Below are positions 1 through 6,755 of a DNA stretch of 18,846 nt, in pieces. Source of the DNA: Thermodesulfovibrionales bacterium (GTDB taxonomy: Bacteria > Nitrospirota > Thermodesulfovibrionia > Thermodesulfovibrionales > UBA6898). The stretch's first letter is position 1; each line of letters begins with the position of its first letter. The stretch lies in NCBI GenBank assembly GCA_044450345.1, contig JBIOIY010000058.1, positions 1 through 18,846 on the forward strand. The letters run 5' to 3'. A program made the position numbers and the translations under genes. The notes below the pieces were generated by a model. It did not search any database, had not been told where the DNA came from, and worked only from the letters and a program-made list of their open reading frames with translations.

Positions 1-1126
1 ACCCTATCTGCACGCCCAATAAATTCCCATGATCTGCTGCGAGGCCGATGCCGAAGGGCGCTGCCTCGGCCAAGACTGGCGTGATTATCGGTACTGGAAT
101 AGGAGGCGTGATAGCAAAGGATTGTGCACCTGACGGAACAGCTATCGCTCCAGTATTAATAATCGCTCGTCCGATATTATTCCCACTTTGTTCGGTAAAC
201 CAGAGGTTGCCGTCGGGGCCAATTATAATATTTCCAGGAACACTTGAAGAAGTGGGGATAATATACTCAGTAATGACGCCCTCTGTCGTGCTCTTCGCGA
301 TTCTGTTGCCATTTGTTCCCTGCACCGTAAACCAGAGGTTGCCGTCAGGGCCGGTCCTGATAGCCCTTGGGCTACTGTTGGCAAGAGGCATCAGAAACTC
401 GGTTAAAACGCCTGCCGTCGTGATCCTAGCGATTCTGTTCCCATTTTCTTCGCAAAACCAGAGGTTGCCGTCAGGGCCATCTGTCATGCCATTAGGCTGA
501 CTGTTGGAGGTGGGGACTGGAAACTCGTTGAGAATCACACCTTCCGGCGAGATTTGTCCGATCATGTTAGCGCTGTTTTCGGTAAACCAGATGTTGCCGT
601 CAGGGCCGGTCCGGAGCGCCGTAGGTTGACTATTAACAGTAGGGATCGGGAATTCAGTGATGACGCCGCCTGTAGTGATGCGTCCGATATTATTTCCCCT
701 TTGTTCCGTAAACCAGAGGTTGCCGTCAGGACCAACGGTAATTCCCGCAGGCAGACTGTTGACTGTGGGGATTGGGAACTCGTTGAGAAACACACCTTCC
801 GGCGAGATCTGTCCGATCTTGTTCCCACTTTGTTCGGTAAACCAGAGGTTGCCATCAGGGCCATTTACAATAACGATAGGCTCGCTGTTGGCAGTAGGGA
901 TCGGAAACTCCGTGAAGTCTCCCACCTTGTTGATCCGTCCGATCCTATTCCCACTGAATTCAGTAAACCAGAGGTTGCCGTCGGGGCCGAGAGTGATCCT
1001 CAAAGGTGTGCTGTTGGCATTAGGAAGAGGAAACTCGTTGAATGTAATGGCACCCGCCATTTGAGCCATAGCCAACACCGCTGCCACCAGAGTAATGCTC
1101 ATTGCTAATCTGCCTAATTTGCCCAT
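1..1126 (-). CDS. Secreted Vgb (virginiamycin B lyase)-like seven-bladed beta-propeller protein with additional C-terminal region; 3' end runs off the window
   Basis: Not in the ORF track because there is no stop in the window. Manual translation from ATG 1126 (SD AAAAGGAGG at 1132-1140) gives MGKLGRLAMSITLVAAVLAMAQMAGA-ITFNEFPLPNANSTPLRITLGPDGNLWFTEFSGNRIGRI..., open for 375 codons to the edge. It has seven GPDGN(L/I)WF blades and an N-terminal Sec-type signal ending A-G-A. Confidence 0.93.
   Translation of the reverse strand, partial: MGKLGRLAMSITLVAAVLAMAQMAGAITFNEFPLPNANSTPLRITLGPDGNLWFTEFSGNRIGRINKVGDFTEFPIPTANSEPIVIVNGPDGNLWFTEQSGNKIGQISPEGVFLNEFPIPTVNSLPAGITVGPDGNLWFTEQRGNNIGRITTGGVITEFPIPTVNSQPTALRTGPDGNIWFTENSANMIGQISPEGVILNEFPVPTSNSQPNGMTDGPDGNLWFCEENGNRIARITTAGVLTEFLMPLANSSPRAIRTGPDGNLWFTVQGTNGNRIAKSTTEGVITEYIIPTSSSVPGNIIIGPDGNLWFTEQSGNNIGRAIINTGAIAVPSGAQSFAITPPIPVPIITPVLAEAAPFGIGLAADHGNLLGVQIG
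197..979 (-). repeat. Seven intragenic propeller-blade repeats
   Basis: AAACCAGA(G/T)GTTGCC (+ strand) at 197, 329, 455, 584, 710, 839 and 965. Spacings are 132/126/129/126/129/126 nt. Confidence 0.95.
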
Positions 1127-1180
1127 GATATCCTCCTTTTTATCTCCTCGATGTTATTTCTTCATAAAACACGACCGTTT

Positions 1181-1237
1181 TACCCGAGCATGAAGCATTA
1201 CCCACCCCTCCTCACGGAGAGTTTGGCTTCTCAGGTA
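1181..1237 (-). promoter_or_regulatory. Candidate structured 5' leader hairpin of the propeller gene
   Basis: On the minus strand TACCTGAG pairs with CTCGGGTA, AAGC pairs with GCTT, and CTCTCC-GTGA-GGAGGG is capped by a GNRA tetraloop. Confidence 0.4.
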
Positions 1238-1253
1238 CTCTTCTCTTGATTTC

Positions 1254-1282
1254 CTTTTAGCACTTTTTTTGCACAGTGTCAA
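1254..1282 (-). promoter_or_regulatory. Putative sigma70 promoter of the propeller gene
   Basis: Minus strand TTGACA (1282-1277), 17 nt spacer, then TGc-TAAAAG (1259-1254). Confidence 0.5.
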
Positions 1283-1496
1283 TTTAAGATATATGGCTGT
1301 TTGTTAACGATCCTCATGATTCCCCGCGCCTCCGCCGCGTGACGGAATGCGTGCATTTCCGAATGTAACTAGGAGTTTCAAGGAAAGGGGAAAAATGCGG
1401 AGTTATAGGCAAGGACCTACCCGACCATGTTTTGGGGCGAAGCCGATTTGTCCCCCGCTGATGTTGACTCCAATTTCGCCTCACTCCTCTCATCTT

Positions 1497-1505
1497 TGCT
1501 AAAAT
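1497..1505 (+). promoter_or_regulatory. Extended -10 promoter, probably leaderless start of the methyltransferase
   Basis: TGcTAAAAT followed by 6 nt and then ATG at 1512. No Shine-Dalgarno. Confidence 0.55.
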
Positions 1506-1511
1506 AGTCCC

Positions 1512-2333
1512 ATGGATAATCAAACCCGCAAAACAAAAATGATTGAGACCTTCAACACGGTCTCGGCCGGATACGACAGCACGGCGCTCCGTTTTTTCTC
1601 TGAAAGCGCGAAATGCATGGCCGGGTATATGGATGCGCCTGATATCAGGCGCGTGCTCGATGTGGCCACAGGCACCGGCAATCTGGCGCTTGAAATCGCC
1701 CGGACCTTTCCAGACGCACAGGTGACCGGGATCGATTTTTCAGCGGGCATGCTGGCGCAGGCCCGTGCGAAGGCAAAGGCCGGAAATATTTCGAATGTCG
1801 AATTTCTCGAAATGGACATGCATGAGATGACGCTTCCCGACGGCCAATTCGACGCAGCGGTCTGCGCCTTCGGCGTCTTCTTTGCCGAAGACATGGCGAA
1901 GCAGTTACGACATATCGCGGACAAAGTGAGACCCGCCGGTAGGATCGTCGTCTCGTGTTTCTACGAAGATTCGTTTCAGCCCCTTGTCGATTTTTTTTCG
2001 AAACGCCTGGAACAATATGGGGTCGAGAGACCTTCGCTGAGGTGGAAACTGATCGCAATCGAACCGAAGTGCCGGGCGCTTTTCCGCGACGCCGGATTGG
2101 ACGAAATACGGGTGGAGAAGAAAGACCTCGGCTATTATCTGAAAGACGCGGCAGAGTGGTGGGACGTGATCTGGAACGCGGGGTTCCGCAGCCAGGTCAG
2201 TCAGCTCTCGCCTGAGGATTTAAAGAGGTTCAGGGAAGAACACCTGACAGAGATCGAAGAGCTGCGGTCGGCAGATGGGATATGGCTTAATGTGAACGTG
2301 CTTTACACATCGGGCATCAGAACGACAAGATGA
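1512..2333 (+). CDS. Class I SAM-dependent methyltransferase (UbiE/Methyltransf_11/25-like)
   Basis: 273-aa ORF with motif I VLDVATGTG, post-I VTGIDFS and motif II GQFDAAVC. Substrate cannot be assigned. Confidence 0.9.
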   Translation: MDNQTRKTKMIETFNTVSAGYDSTALRFFSESAKCMAGYMDAPDIRRVLDVATGTGNLALEIARTFPDAQVTGIDFSAGMLAQARAKAKAGNISNVEFLEMDMHEMTLPDGQFDAAVCAFGVFFAEDMAKQLRHIADKVRPAGRIVVSCFYEDSFQPLVDFFSKRLEQYGVERPSLRWKLIAIEPKCRALFRDAGLDEIRVEKKDLGYYLKDAAEWWDVIWNAGFRSQVSQLSPEDLKRFREEHLTEIEELRSADGIWLNVNVLYTSGIRTTR

Positions 2334-2369
2334 TGAAACCGTCTTTAGTAAAGCCTCATATTAAACACT

Positions 2370-2438
2370 TTGTCATGCCGGCTTGTCCGGCATCTTTCTT
2401 AACTCTACAGAAGGATTCCCGACAAGCGGGAATGACAA
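2370..2438. repeat. REP/RS3-like nested palindromic element
   Basis: Two 30-nt inverted arms, 2370-2399 and 2409-2438 (25/30 complementary). Each arm is itself a hairpin: ATGCCGG-CTTGT-CCGGCAT and ATTCCCG-ACAAG-CGGGAAT. Confidence 0.75.
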
Positions 2439-2478
2439 GCTTGGATACTACATGCGCTGTCTTAGTAAGCGATGAAAT

Positions 2479-2508
2479 TTGACAATTATGCTTGCAGAAA
2501 AGTAATTT
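2479..2508 (+). promoter_or_regulatory. Putative sigma70 promoter of hisH
   Basis: TTGACA (2479-2484), 18 nt spacer, TAATTT (2503-2508), then 7 nt to ATG 2516. Confidence 0.55.
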
Positions 2509-2515
2509 AAAAGAT

Positions 2516-3127
2516 ATGATCGCGATAGTTGATTATGGGATGGGAAATCTGAGAAGCGTCGAAAAGGGCTTCAAGAAGGTCGGTGTCGACGCAAAGGTGA
2601 CCTCCAGTCGCCGGGATGTCGAAAACGCCCGGGCAGTCGTTCTTCCCGGCGTGGGGGCCTTCCGGGACTGCATAAGAAATCTTACAGACCTTTCTTTGAC
2701 TGACGCAATCGCGAAGGCGATACAAAAAGGCAAACCCTATCTCGGGATATGCCTTGGACTTCAGGTCCTCTTCAGCGAATCAGAGGAGTTCGGCAGGTGC
2801 AAGGGGCTCGATATCTTCAGGGGAAAAGTCGTAAGGTTCCATATCAAAGAGAAGGTCCCGCACATGGGCTGGAACAACGTCAGGATCGTCAAGAAGCCTC
2901 CTATACTTTCGGCGGTCCCCGATGAATCATTCTTTTATTTTGTTCACTCTTATTACGTAGTGCCTGATGACAAAGAGGTTATCGCCGCAACGACCGACTA
3001 CGGCGTTTCTTTTACCTCGATGATATGGAAAGACAATGTCTTTGCTACACAGTTCCATCCCGAAAAGAGCCAGGGTCTGGGACTGAAGGTCCTCGCCGGT
3101 TTCGGGGAGTTCGTCAAGAAGTCCTGA
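2516..3127 (+). CDS. hisH: Imidazole glycerol phosphate synthase glutamine amidotransferase subunit
   Basis: Canonical N-terminus MIAIVDYGMGNL (start moved from TTG 2492 to ATG 2516), LPGVG, nucleophile LGICLG, VPHMGWN, YFVHSY and QFHPEKS. Confidence 0.97.
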   Translation: MIAIVDYGMGNLRSVEKGFKKVGVDAKVTSSRRDVENARAVVLPGVGAFRDCIRNLTDLSLTDAIAKAIQKGKPYLGICLGLQVLFSESEEFGRCKGLDIFRGKVVRFHIKEKVPHMGWNNVRIVKKPPILSAVPDESFFYFVHSYYVVPDDKEVIAATTDYGVSFTSMIWKDNVFATQFHPEKSQGLGLKVLAGFGEFVKKS

Positions 3128-3161
3128 GAGTCGTCTTCCTTTAGTCCGCATCCTTCAACCC

Positions 3162-3170
3162 TGGTATAAT
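3162..3170 (+). promoter_or_regulatory. Extended -10 promoter of the YqgE/AlgH gene
   Basis: Consensus TGgTATAAT. SD GAGG at 3181-3184 lies upstream of ATG 3192. Confidence 0.6.
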
Positions 3171-3191
3171 GGTATTAACCGAGGCGACAGA

Positions 3192-3899
3192 ATGATACTA
3201 TCAAAGAGATATTTCTTACCCTTTCTATTCGCTTTTATAGTATGCGGGTGTACAAAAACGAGTAGCGTTCTTTACGATACATCCGCGCGGCAGACGAACC
3301 CGGCAGATCATCCTGCTTTCCTGTCTCCGCCGACTTTTCACGGCTTCGTTTCGCTGGACCGGCATCAGCCGAACGGCAGGTTATCCAAGGGCAAGTTTCT
3401 CGTTGCCAGCCGGCAGATCAGGGACCCAAGGTTCCAAGAAACGGTCATATTATTGATCCAACACGATTTAAACGGCACGGTAGGTCTGATTGTCAACCGG
3501 CCGACCACGGTAAGACTTTCTGATTTTTTCCCGGAAATTAAAGAAGGGCGAGGGAGTGAGCACTTCACGTATATCGGGGGACCCGTCGGCATGACCCAGG
3601 TACTCCTTCTCATTCACTTAGAGAAAAAGCTTGAAGGGTCTCAATGGATATTCGATGACGTATATGTGAGCTCGAGCAAGGCTGTCCTTGAGCAGCTCAT
3701 TAAGATTCCCGCCGGAGAAACGAAATTTCGCGCATACGCTGGCTATGCGGGATGGGTTTCAGGACAGCTCGAGCAGGAGATAGTGAGGGGGGACTGGCAT
3801 GTTGCGCAGGCAGATGCTAAGACTATCTTTATAAAGCCCCCTACAGAGATCTGGCCGGACCTCATTCGCAAGACCGAAATGATTCGTGTTGAATTATAG
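3192..3899 (+). CDS. YqgE/AlgH (DUF179) family protein with N-terminal lipoprotein-like signal
   Basis: GKFLVAS..DPRFQETVILL, GTVGLIVNRP, YIGGPV, AYAGYAGW..GQLEQEIVRGDW and a terminal W. The N-terminus is MILSKRYFLPFLFAFIVCG-C. Confidence 0.9.
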   Translation: MILSKRYFLPFLFAFIVCGCTKTSSVLYDTSARQTNPADHPAFLSPPTFHGFVSLDRHQPNGRLSKGKFLVASRQIRDPRFQETVILLIQHDLNGTVGLIVNRPTTVRLSDFFPEIKEGRGSEHFTYIGGPVGMTQVLLLIHLEKKLEGSQWIFDDVYVSSSKAVLEQLIKIPAGETKFRAYAGYAGWVSGQLEQEIVRGDWHVAQADAKTIFIKPPTEIWPDLIRKTEMIRVEL

Positions 3900-3904
3900 G
3901 CGGC

Positions 3905-4264
3905 CTACTTGGCCGTTCCTGCTATCTTGTTTTTTGCGTCGAGTTTGACTATCTTGGGCGCGAATTCTCTTGTCTTGTCGTCTGAAAGATAGGCGTAGCA
4001 GAATATGATGACCTTGTCCCCTACGACGCCCTTCCTCGCGGTAGGGCCGTTGAGGCAGATTGCGCCGGACCCCTTCCTGCCCGGTATTACGTAAGTTTCG
4101 AAACGTTCCCCGTTGTTCACGTTGCTGATCATCACCTGCTCGTAGGGGAGTATCCCCGTCTCCTTCAATATGTTCTCGTCGATCGTGATACTGCCCTCAT
4201 ATTCGAGATTCGATTCGGTGACGGTCGCCATGTGAATCTTTGCCCTGAGCATGCACCTCAGCAT
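3905..4264 (-). CDS. panD: Aspartate 1-decarboxylase
   Basis: KIHMATVT, YEG-SITID autocleavage site, NGERFETYVI, ICLNG and GDKVII. Confidence 0.97.
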   Translation of the reverse strand: MLRCMLRAKIHMATVTESNLEYEGSITIDENILKETGILPYEQVMISNVNNGERFETYVIPGRKGSGAICLNGPTARKGVVGDKVIIFCYAYLSDDKTREFAPKIVKLDAKNKIAGTAK

Positions 4265-4283
4265 AAAGGTTCCGCGCTATGTC

Positions 4284-4562
4284 TCATTCTATGATCTTCG
4301 GGACACGGTAAAATTTTTCGGTTTTGTCGGGGGCGTTCATGAGTGCGTCTTCTCTGTCGAGAGAGGGTCTTTGCAGATCATCCCTTGTGATATTGCTCAT
4401 CGCAATCACATGGGATGTAGGCTCTATGTCCCTGGTATCGAGCTCATTGAGCTTATCCACGTAACTCAGGATACCGTCCAGCTGACCGCTGAAGAGCCCC
4501 TTTTCTTTATCGGAGAGGGACAGCCTGGCGAGGTGTGCGATATGCTCTATCGAGATCTTCAC
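4284..4562 (-). CDS. gatC: Asp-tRNA(Asn)/Glu-tRNA(Gln) amidotransferase subunit C
   Basis: IEHIAHLARL, QLDGILSYVDKLNELDT, EPTSH and ALMNAP..FYRVPKIIE. GTG start. Confidence 0.96.
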   Translation of the reverse strand: MKISIEHIAHLARLSLSDKEKGLFSGQLDGILSYVDKLNELDTRDIEPTSHVIAMSNITRDDLQRPSLDREDALMNAPDKTEKFYRVPKIIE

Positions 4563-4570
4563 TATTGGCC

Positions 4571-6682
4571 CTATATCTTTGTCAGGTTGGCGAGCTTCAG
4601 TGACAACCTTTTTACGCCGATATTCGGGAAATTGACCATGACCTTCTGGTCCTCTCCGTCACCATAACAGTCTCGGATTACGCCTATTCCCCAGACCGGA
4701 TGCTTCACCCTGCACCCGGAAGAAAAGAGTGGTTTCACTTTTTTTATCTCCAGCTTCTTCTTGTCCGTCTTGCCGCGAAACGGATGGGGTTCGGCCACTT
4801 TCTCGATCCATTGGCAGTAGCTCTTGGGCATGTCCTTGAGGAACCTCGAAGGCTCCTGGTCCTGTATCCGGGAGTACAACCTTCTCCTGCGTGCCCCAGT
4901 CAGAAGAAGAAGGTCCTTGGCCCGGGTCATCCCCACATAAAAGAGCCTCCGTTCTTCCGCGATCTCGTCCTCATTTCCATTGGCCTTGAAATAGGGGAGA
5001 ATGCCCTCTTCAAGGCCTGCCACGAAAACCACGGGAAATTCGAGTCCCTTTGCGTTATGAACCGTCATAAGAGATACCCTGTTTTCGCCGGATGATTCGT
5101 CGACATTCGTCAGCAAGGAGACCCTGTCGATAAAATCACGTATGTCTTTCCCCTCAGCCGATAAGATCAACTCATCGAGGTTCTGTTTTCTCTCCTCATC
5201 GAGAACAGAGGCGTAGCCGGTCTTATCGATGATGGCCTTCAAGAGGTCCGAAGCTGAATCGAAAGAGACCGAAGACAATTTATCGACAAAACTGACAAGG
5301 CCCCCTATCTTCTCTTTTGTGGCCGTGACGATTCCGTTGCTGCGCATACAAGCCTTCAGTGTATCGTACAGGCAGACCGATTTCTTCTTTGCTTCATTCT
5401 CTATCTTCGAAAGTGTCGCGGCCCCGATGCCCCGGGGAGGACAATTGATGATCCTCCTGAGGCTGACGTTGTCGCCATGGTTGAGGATCAGCCGGGCATA
5501 GGCGATGATGTCCTTGATCTCTTTTCTCTGGTAAAAACTGACGCCCCCGACAATATGGTATGGCAATCCCATTTCGCGCAGCCCGTCTTCGATCGCCCTA
5601 GACTGCAGGTTTACGCGGTAAAGGATCCCTATGTCCCTGAAGGAAAATGCCTCTTTCAGATAGAGTTCCTTGATGATCTTTGCGATGTGCTTCGCCTCTT
5701 CCTCCTCGTTATTCAGCCAACAGAAGTGGACCTTTTCCCCTCTGCCCTTGTTCGTCCAGAGCTTCTTGTCGCTCCTGTGGGGGTTCACGGCGATCACGGC
5801 GTTCGATACATCGAGTATGTTCTGAGTCGAACGGTAGTTTCTTTCGAGTCTGACGACCTTTGCGCCCGGGAAGTCCTTCTCGAAATTAAGGATATTGCGG
5901 ACGTCCGCCCCCCTGAATTTGTAAATGCTCTGGTCGTCGTCGCCGACCGCGCAAATATTCTTATGGACCTTCGCAAGCATCGTGATCAACTTGTACTGGG
6001 CGTAATTCAGATCCTGGAACTCGTCGACGAGAATATACGGGAACATAGACTGGTACTTCTTGAGGACTTCGGGATGACTCTGAAAAAGCTTGACGCTGAG
6101 CATTATCAGATCGTCGAAATCGAGTGCGTTGCTCCGTTTGAGTTCATCCTGGTATCTCACGTAGACCTTCGCCAGTTTTTCATCAAACCCGAAACCGTCA
6201 CCGGTTGAAAGAAAATCCTCGGGTCCGACGAGCGACGCCTTTAGAAAATTGATCCTCGTAGAAACCCCTTTGTAGAGAGCCTCGTAGATCTTGAACTCTT
6301 TCAGTATGTGGCGTATAAGGCTGCAACGGTCGTCTTCGTCGTATATGGAAAATTGGGCGCTATACCCGATAGATTTGATATCTCTCCTTAAGATCCTGCT
6401 GCACTGGGAGTGGAGGGTCCCGATCCATGTCTGCTTTAACTCCCTGCCAAGAAGGTTATGGATCCTCTCCTTCATCTCATTTGCGGCCTTATTGGTAAAA
6501 GTGACGGTAAGTATCGATTCAGGTAAGGTTTTGTGGGCCTTTACGAAATGCGCGTATTTATGGGTAATCACCCTCGTCTTGCCGCTGCCGGCACCAGCCA
6601 ATACCAATAAGGGACCTTCGATATGTTTGAGGGCTTCTTTTTGCTGTGGATTTAGGTCATGCATTAAATTCTCTTTAGACAT
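4571..6682 (-). CDS. pcrA: SF1A ATP-dependent DNA helicase PcrA/UvrD
   Basis: AGAGSGKT, TFTNKAA, DEFQD, GDDDQSIYKFRGA, NYRST, TVHNAKGLEF, EERRLFYVGMTRA and a C-terminal Tudor-like RVKHPVWGIG. An alternative start is ATG 6664. Confidence 0.95.
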   Translation of the reverse strand: MSKENLMHDLNPQQKEALKHIEGPLLVLAGAGSGKTRVITHKYAHFVKAHKTLPESILTVTFTNKAANEMKERIHNLLGRELKQTWIGTLHSQCSRILRRDIKSIGYSAQFSIYDEDDRCSLIRHILKEFKIYEALYKGVSTRINFLKASLVGPEDFLSTGDGFGFDEKLAKVYVRYQDELKRSNALDFDDLIMLSVKLFQSHPEVLKKYQSMFPYILVDEFQDLNYAQYKLITMLAKVHKNICAVGDDDQSIYKFRGADVRNILNFEKDFPGAKVVRLERNYRSTQNILDVSNAVIAVNPHRSDKKLWTNKGRGEKVHFCWLNNEEEEAKHIAKIIKELYLKEAFSFRDIGILYRVNLQSRAIEDGLREMGLPYHIVGGVSFYQRKEIKDIIAYARLILNHGDNVSLRRIINCPPRGIGAATLSKIENEAKKKSVCLYDTLKACMRSNGIVTATKEKIGGLVSFVDKLSSVSFDSASDLLKAIIDKTGYASVLDEERKQNLDELILSAEGKDIRDFIDRVSLLTNVDESSGENRVSLMTVHNAKGLEFPVVFVAGLEEGILPYFKANGNEDEIAEERRLFYVGMTRAKDLLLLTGARRRRLYSRIQDQEPSRFLKDMPKSYCQWIEKVAEPHPFRGKTDKKKLEIKKVKPLFSSGCRVKHPVWGIGVIRDCYGDGEDQKVMVNFPNIGVKRLSLKLANLTKI

Positions 6683-6755
6683 CTTTCGTCCCAGGCATTA
6701 TAGGTTAACAAATTTTCCCCCTTTAAATCTACAGTCCGCTAAAAAAATCCCTTTA

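Noticed and set aside
197..979. Regularly spaced repeats as a possible CRISPR array or DGR template/variable pair
   Set aside because: The period is 126-132 nt and always a multiple of 3, the 'spacers' are homologous coding blades, and no cas or reverse transcriptase gene is in the window.
48..1108. Plus-strand repetitive ORFs (48-500, 554-1108, 657-1064) and minus ORF 562-864
   Set aside because: These are antisense or off-frame shadows of the propeller gene. NQRLPSGP is the reverse complement of GPDGNLWF.
1..1126. vgb streptogramin resistance call
   Set aside because: The catalytic His/Glu motif is absent and a signal peptide is present.
1314..1523. Minus-strand 69-aa ORF and imperfect dyad CGGAATGC-GT-GCATTTCCG (1343-1361)
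   Set aside because: The ORF overlaps the methyltransferase start and promoter and has no protein-like features. The dyad alone is too weak to assign.
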